A DNA stretch of 29,181 nucleotides from a virus (lineage: Duplodnaviria; Caudoviricetes): positions 1 through 29,181 of the IMG/VR virus record IMGVR_UViG_3300032092_002835; one strand, given 5' to 3'. Under the pieces are notes generated by a model. The model had not been told where the DNA came from. It saw only the letters and a list, made by a program, of their open reading frames with translations, and did not search any database. Positions 24,314-29,181 of this stretch are shown in pieces (the first letter of the stretch is position 1; every line of letters begins with the position of its first letter). The position numbers were made by a program, and so were the translations under genes.

Positions 24314-26076
24314 CAACCAAGGTTGGTAATGCTGTACTTGATGGTAGCATTGCTACCAGTTGAGGTTGAGTCGTATTGCACCAGAATATTGCCTCCAGTG
24401 CCAATCACATTTAGAGTAATTCCAGTAGATGCATTTTCTGAAAAATCATCAGTGAACACAAAACCAGTTGTGGTTGTACTGGTGCCTTTTACAGCAATAA
24501 TGGTACCTCGTCGACGAGAATCTGCTCTGGCAATTGAATAATCCATCTGAATTGAACTGATGGCTGCACCAGTGACAAAAACAATGTTGCCGCCTGTGGT
24601 GTTGTCAAGCAAGGTGTCTTGGATACCAGCAGTGCGTTGGTATGTGCCCAGATCCAAGGCGTTGCCCTGGCTTTCGTTTTGAACACCGCTTTGATACATC
24701 ACAATGTCATGCACGTTCATGCTCATGGCCATTGAGTTGGTGTTGTTTAGGTTAATACGACTGTGTGTTGCACTCTGACTGTTGTTGCGTTCAAACATGT
24801 CGCCAACACTGACATTGTTCTCAGCATCAATGTCAATGATACTACTGGCTGGCAATGTGGCTCCGTTGAAGTGGTTGCCAACATCGTAGAATGAGTTGTA
24901 GCCGCTGACATTACGGCTGACATTGGTAAACACAATTCCCTGTATGTATATGTTGTCAAAGATATTCTGAACTACTCTAACGCCTGATGCACCGCCGTTG
25001 ACTACCACGGTGTCGCCCAACACTATACCTTGATACAGTGTGTCAAATTGACTGTTGCTAAAAGTAATACCTTCAATCTGTTGATCTGTTTGCGAAGCGT
25101 AGGTAAAGCCTTTGTACTTGCAATTGTTTAGAATCACGCCACTGGTTACCAAACTGGCGGTGCTGGACCAATCAATGGCTCGGGTATCTTCAACGGAATC
25201 CACTAGTTCGGCTGTGGTCAGTGGTCCTTCAATGGTGACTGAATCCATACTACACTGTTCAGCATCTTCCCACAAGAAACCATTGTTCACCTGGTTGGTG
25301 GTGAATGACATGGCAGAAATTTCAATATTGCGTGGAGCAATTGCACTGTTGGTAGCAATGTTTACTCCAGTCTGCTGAAGACTGTCAGCCGTTCGTCCAA
25401 CGTAGTCCGGTAAACTTTCAATTGCCCAGTAAGTGGCGTTGCCAATCACAATTCCAATTGGCACATCGGCCAAGCTGCGATAAAAACTACCTGTACTAGA
25501 AACCAACACTCCTTCAGCATATGCAATCAAGGAAGTGTGTGCTTGCACATTAAAATTAATGATGCTGCTGTTGCTGCCCTCGCCGTACAACTTGGCATAT
25601 GGAGGTACGTTTATGGTATCAGTAACAATGTATGTGCCAGCAGGAAAGAACAAGCTGCGACGAATTTGTGGATTGATTTCTCGGCAATACAACTGATTCA
25701 ATGCACGATTTATTGCAGCAGTGTCATCTGTGGTGCCATCACCTGTTGCCCCGAAGTCTGTGACTATTGCATAACTGTCCAACCTTGATTGCAAACTTTG
25801 ACTAACGGGACTTCCAGCAGTGGCACCTGTTTGCACAGTGTATCCGGCCGCTGCGCCGTCGTAGGTGTAGGAAGTTGCAAAACCAAGGATATCTGAAAAT
25901 TCAGTTAGTACTTCGGTGTTGCCCACAACAGGTGCACCGTCTTCGATGGTTCCATTGCCAATGAACAATCTGCGGTCGTCTACAGCCCAGCCTAGTTCGG
26001 CGCCAGCTAGGGGTTGTGGTAAGTCGGTTGTTAGACCCTTACGTTGGGTTATTCTTGAAATTTGTACAATTGCCAC
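24313..26076 (-). CDS. Tail fibre/spike protein with pectate-lyase-like beta-helix
   Basis: GTG start. N-terminal anchor (QRKG...LAGAELGWAVDDRRLFIGNG), VTDFGATGDGTTDDTAAINRAL, LFFPAGTY, LYGEG and Asn-rich beta-helix repeats. Confidence 0.8.
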   Translation of the reverse strand: MAIVQISRITQRKGLTTDLPQPLAGAELGWAVDDRRLFIGNGTIEDGAPVVGNTEVLTEFSDILGFATSYTYDGAAAGYTVQTGATAGSPVSQSLQSRLDSYAIVTDFGATGDGTTDDTAAINRALNQLYCREINPQIRRSLFFPAGTYIVTDTINVPPYAKLYGEGSNSSIINFNVQAHTSLIAYAEGVLVSSTGSFYRSLADVPIGIVIGNATYWAIESLPDYVGRTADSLQQTGVNIATNSAIAPRNIEISAMSFTTNQVNNGFLWEDAEQCSMDSVTIEGPLTTAELVDSVEDTRAIDWSSTASLVTSGVILNNCKYKGFTYASQTDQQIEGITFSNSQFDTLYQGIVLGDTVVVNGGASGVRVVQNIFDNIYIQGIVFTNVSRNVSGYNSFYDVGNHFNGATLPASSIIDIDAENNVSVGDMFERNNSQSATHSRINLNNTNSMAMSMNVHDIVMYQSGVQNESQGNALDLGTYQRTAGIQDTLLDNTTGGNIVFVTGAAISSIQMDYSIARADSRRRGTIIAVKGTSTTTTGFVFTDDFSENASTGITLNVIGTGGNILVQYDSTSTGSNATIKYSITNLG

Positions 26077-26106
26077 GATTTGTGATCCTTACAGGGTATC
26101 ACATAT

Positions 26107-26817
26107 TTAGCGTGTGGCGTAGTACTGCTCGACTCGTTTCATCCACTCATTGTTCCAGTGTGCAAATTCGTCGCCTTCAATCACGTACTCAGTGTATATG
26201 GGCTTGCTCAAGCTACCATCGGCCAGCATGTCAGGCTGCTGTGCCATCAAGATAACGCCGCAATCAATGACAGTGGCATGTGTTTCATTGTGTGCTGCTG
26301 CATACGCTGCCAACTGTATAAAATAGTCGTCAATCCATTCGCGTTTTTTGGGCCGGTTGGTTTGTTTGAAGTCCATGATTGCAGGACGGCCCTTCCACAA
26401 TCCCAAGCAGTCAGTGGTGCCAGCATATAACCCACTATAATACAACGGCACTTCAACACCCCAGCACTCGTTCACATGCTGTAGGCCCTGCATGATTACT
26501 TCTGCTGCCATGAACCATGAAGGATGTGCAAACGGGTTTCCGGGCAAGGGCTTCATGTCATCATGCAGCATGTAATGCTCAAGATAGCTGTGCATGCGTG
26601 TGCCACGATTGGCAGCTTCTGTGGTAATTTCTTGTGCTTTTTGTTCGCCCACTCGTTTGCGCCAGTTGGCCAAGACTTGACGTTTTTCCTCTGATTTGGT
26701 TCTATCCAGGATTGTGGTCACACTGGGTACCTTGCTGCCGTCGGGCAAGCAGTAGTGTCGTTTGCCGTCTATGGTTTCTCTATTGATGGGTGCGTAATTG
26801 TATCTGTTGACTATCAT
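26107..26817 (-). CDS. PD-(D/E)XK exonuclease
   Basis: PSVTTIL, RGTRMH, EVPLY...YAGTTD, MDFKQT and YFIQLAAYA motifs. Confidence 0.85.
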   Translation of the reverse strand: MIVNRYNYAPINRETIDGKRHYCLPDGSKVPSVTTILDRTKSEEKRQVLANWRKRVGEQKAQEITTEAANRGTRMHSYLEHYMLHDDMKPLPGNPFAHPSWFMAAEVIMQGLQHVNECWGVEVPLYYSGLYAGTTDCLGLWKGRPAIMDFKQTNRPKKREWIDDYFIQLAAYAAAHNETHATVIDCGVILMAQQPDMLADGSLSKPIYTEYVIEGDEFAHWNNEWMKRVEQYYATR

Positions 26818-27141
26818 TTAAACTCTGAAACTTTCTCCGCAACCACAACGGTCACGTTCGTTGGGATTTGAAAATTCAAATCCTTCATTGAGGCCTTGGC
26901 GAACATAATCCACAGTCATGCCATCAAGATATACTTCGTGTTTTTTGTCCACCAGCACAGAAAAATCTGGTTGAGCATAATTTATGGTGCTGCTGTCACC
27001 AGCGTGTGCATCAACGTATTCTAGCACATAAGCCAGTCCTGAACACCCAGTGGTTTTTACTGCCAGACGTATGCCTATGCCACCGCGTTTTTCTAACAAT
27101 CGTTTGATTTTGTTTCGAGCAGTGTCAGTGAACAAGATCAT
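26818..27141 (-). CDS. iscA: Iron-sulfur cluster assembly A-type carrier IscA
   Basis: TTGCSGLAY and CGCGESF motifs; GLNEGFEFSNPN. Confidence 0.95.
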   Translation of the reverse strand: MILFTDTARNKIKRLLEKRGGIGIRLAVKTTGCSGLAYVLEYVDAHAGDSSTINYAQPDFSVLVDKKHEVYLDGMTVDYVRQGLNEGFEFSNPNERDRCGCGESFRV

Positions 27142-27511
27142 GTTTGACCCTGTAGTCAGCTACCGCCGCTTTGATGGCATCTTCTGCAAGTATTGAACAA
27201 TGAATTTTAACAGGGGGGAGGGCAAGCTCAGTAGCAATTTCGCTATTTTTGATCGTTTCCGCCTGCTCAAGTGTACGTCCTTTGACCCACTCAGTAACAA
27301 GCGAACTTGACGCAATCGCGCTGCCGCAACCGTATGTTTTAAATCTTGCATCTGTGATTATTCCATCCGTGACTTTGATTTGCAGTTTCATCACATCACC
27401 GCAAGCCGGAGCTCCTACCATGCCTGTGCCCACATCTGTGTCTTCTTTGGAGAAACTGCCCACATTCCTGGGATTCTCGTAGTGGTCTACAACTTTTTCT
27501 GAATATGCCAT
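27125..27511 (-). CDS. iscU: Fe-S cluster scaffold IscU
   Basis: MAYSEKVVDHYENPRNVG, APACGD, FKTYGCGSAIAS and LPPVKIHCS: three Cys plus the HscA-binding LPPVK. Confidence 0.97.
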   Translation of the reverse strand: MAYSEKVVDHYENPRNVGSFSKEDTDVGTGMVGAPACGDVMKLQIKVTDGIITDARFKTYGCGSAIASSSLVTEWVKGRTLEQAETIKNSEIATELALPPVKIHCSILAEDAIKAAVADYRVKHDLVH

Positions 27512-27529
27512 AAAATTTTCCTTAGTTTG

Positions 27530-27558
27530 ATTATAAGGTATTTAACGACAAATGTCAA
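27530..27558 (-). promoter_or_regulatory. Sigma70 promoter with a nested TAAATA late-type box upstream of iscU
   Basis: TTGACA-tttgtcgtTAAATAcct-TATAAT; perfect hexamers with a 17-nt spacer. Confidence 0.85.
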
Positions 27559-27570
27559 TGCAGTTTGGTG

Positions 27571-27936
27571 TTAAACGCCGCGATCTTTTTTCATTGCCGA
27601 TTTGGCAGCGGCAGCCACAATGTTCTGAGCTTTGTTAACTGGCATTGTGGCTGGTGCAGGCGCTTCACCACCTTTGAACACAATTGGATCCTGAGAGTCT
27701 GGTGCCAGCGGTTCCAGTAAATTGCTCAGCGGGGGTTGTCCCACCAATTCAGCAACGTTTTGGTCAGTGACGTTGATGTCTAGGCTCTGGGCCAGACTAA
27801 TAAATGCTTGTTGACTGATTTGTTTTTGACTGCCAGTGTCTTCGGCTCGCCCGTTAAGAAATGAGACCAAGCCCATCAATTGATCGGGCTTGGGAGTAAA
27901 TTCTGAGAGGCCGCCGTCGACTTCAAATATTTTCAT
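27571..27936 (-). CDS. Hypothetical protein
   Basis: 121 aa, MKIFEV start, TAATG-coupled. Confidence 0.7.
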   Translation of the reverse strand: MKIFEVDGGLSEFTPKPDQLMGLVSFLNGRAEDTGSQKQISQQAFISLAQSLDINVTDQNVAELVGQPPLSNLLEPLAPDSQDPIVFKGGEAPAPATMPVNKAQNIVAAAAKSAMKKDRGV

Positions 27937-28805
27937 TATCTACGTGCTCGGCCCAGGCCAGCACTTGCAGGTGGTTCGGCTTCTGGGTCAGCAGCAACAT
28001 CATCAGCTGCGCCCATTTCGGCGCCCAGGTCAGCACCCATGTCAGCACCCATTTCGGCGCCGGCCATTGCACCGTCAGCAGCAGCATCAACTGGTGCTTG
28101 TGCAGTGCCTGTGACCACACCCAGAGCTTGATCCATTTGTAGCTTTGCAGCCTGCAGATTTTGCATCAATCCAGTCAGCGCAGCACTTGCGTCACCATTG
28201 AATTGTGCAGCTTGGTCAATGCCAACTTGATTCTTGATCGAATCAACCAAGGCTGGCAGTTCTTTGAATTGCAATTCAGATACATCTTCCAGCATGCTTT
28301 GCATCTTGTCAACCATGTCTTGGGCAGCCAACACAACTTGTGCTTGTTGCACTTCGCTTTCAGTTAGTCTACGTCCCAGTTGACGACGACGATAGCTTTC
28401 GGCCTGCATCAATGCAGCACCGGCAACCATTTTTTGTTCATCAGGATTGAGTGTCTGGCCAGCAGTGCTTTTCTTGAGAGCAGCAGCCAGTTTGGGATCT
28501 TTGACTTTGGCCACAGCAGCGGCTGGATCAACTTGTCCAGCAGCACCCGGTGCGTCCATTTCTTTGAGACGTCCACGAAGAGCCTGTTCCATCATTACCA
28601 GTTTGAGATAACTGGGATTCTTTTCACTGTGGTGGCGAGCCGTGGTGTTCTGGTGTTCACCCAGTAGGCCTCGCACACGATCAAGCATGCCAGCAGTTTG
28701 ACGACGACTAAGTTGGTCAAAGCTGATGCGTGAACCAAAGTAGCTTTCGAATACTTTGGCGATTTGTTTACTTGGCTGAGGGGCCGCTAGTTCTTGCAGT
28801 TTCAT
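27936..28805 (-). CDS. Hypothetical protein, possibly head/scaffold-associated
   Basis: 289 aa, helical, with a low-complexity acidic C-terminus ending GLGRARR. GAGGA RBS and upstream TAAATA. Confidence 0.65.
   Translation of the reverse strand: MKLQELAAPQPSKQIAKVFESYFGSRISFDQLSRRQTAGMLDRVRGLLGEHQNTTARHHSEKNPSYLKLVMMEQALRGRLKEMDAPGAAGQVDPAAAVAKVKDPKLAAALKKSTAGQTLNPDEQKMVAGAALMQAESYRRRQLGRRLTESEVQQAQVVLAAQDMVDKMQSMLEDVSELQFKELPALVDSIKNQVGIDQAAQFNGDASAALTGLMQNLQAAKLQMDQALGVVTGTAQAPVDAAADGAMAGAEMGADMGADLGAEMGAADDVAADPEAEPPASAGLGRARR
28009..28062 (-). repeat. Degenerate 12-bp coding tandem repeat (GA[E/D][M/L])
   Basis: Encodes GAEM-GADM-GADL-GAEM. Confidence 0.65.
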
Positions 28806-29181
28806 TTGAGAATCCTCTAATTTGCATATATTTAGCCGAGTTTACACATTTCTCCAATTCAGATGATACTGAATTTAACAGAATTTGTTTGGGCTGTACT
28901 TTCATGTTTATGATTTCATAAGAGTGAGTTGACTGACTACGTCTGCCTATGCTTTGACGGCAATGGATATCAGCTGTTAATGTTTGTTTTCTACGGTCTA
29001 GATTCAAAATAGTGTTGGCCAATGTCAGTTGATTAAATTTGTCTGCCACACACCAGCTCACAGCATTGCGCTTGCTGTCAAAGCAGTGTATGTCATCTGA
29101 CCAAGTGCTGACCATGTATCCGTAGAGGTGTTGTGCCACACGATACTTGCCAAACACAATATAGCTACCATCGTTTTCTTT
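28768..29181 (-). CDS. Hypothetical protein, 5' end beyond the window
   Basis: The frame stays open upstream of the track start (KENDGSYIVFGKY...) to the window edge. Confidence 0.65.
   Translation of the reverse strand, partial: KENDGSYIVFGKYRVAQHLYGYMVSTWSDDIHCFDSKRNAVSWCVADKFNQLTLANTILNLDRRKQTLTADIHCRQSIGRRSQSTHSYEIINMKVQPKQILLNSVSSELEKCVNSAKYMQIRGFSNETARTSGPSAK

Noticed and set aside
26107-26817. Cas4-like Fe-S nuclease served by the adjacent IscU/IscA
   Set aside because: Its four Cys are scattered and lack the C-terminal CxxC-x5-C cluster of Cas4/AddB, and no CRISPR array or cas gene is present in the window.
1-29181. Stop-codon recoding (none of the genes I called ends in TAG)
   Set aside because: Conserved genes are full-length under the standard code with no in-frame TAG or TGA, and low TAG use is common in phages.
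1-29181. Bacterial chromosome origin (suggested by clpX, clpS, iscUA, porin, nrdAB)
   Set aside because: The usual operon partners are missing (clpP, clpA, iscRS, hscBA), and the genes are interleaved with PAAR, tail, ATP-dependent ligase and many small phage-type ORFs with late-promoter boxes.

Overview
Gene-dense segment (about 45 genes, nearly all on the minus strand, with many ATGA/TAATG overlaps) from a large tailed dsDNA phage with T4-like features. The porin, IscU/IscA and PGDYG proteins suggest a proteobacterial, probably betaproteobacterial, host (inference). From left to right: (1) a modification/biosynthesis cluster (amidinotransferase missed by the ORF track, 2OG-Fe(II)-like oxygenase, divergent NDP-sugar dehydrogenase, GT10-like protein); (2) a proteostasis module (ClpX, Hsp20 with a ROSE-type RNA thermometer, ClpS) beside a metallophosphoesterase and a stand-alone adenylate-cyclase-tail-like protein; (3) a perfect sigma70 promoter driving a ~155-nt highly structured non-coding leader; (4) small early-type genes with duplicated promoter cassettes and an ATP-dependent DNA ligase; (5) a phage-encoded outer-membrane porin; (6) virion genes (PAAR, beta-helix tail protein); (7) a class Ia ribonucleotide reductase locus interrupted by a class II aldolase and an unknown gene; (8) a PD-(D/E)XK nuclease and iscA/iscU. 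TAAATA late-promoter-like boxes recur before several genes. No tRNA, rRNA, CRISPR array or transposase was seen. All calls come from manual motif reading; no searches were run.
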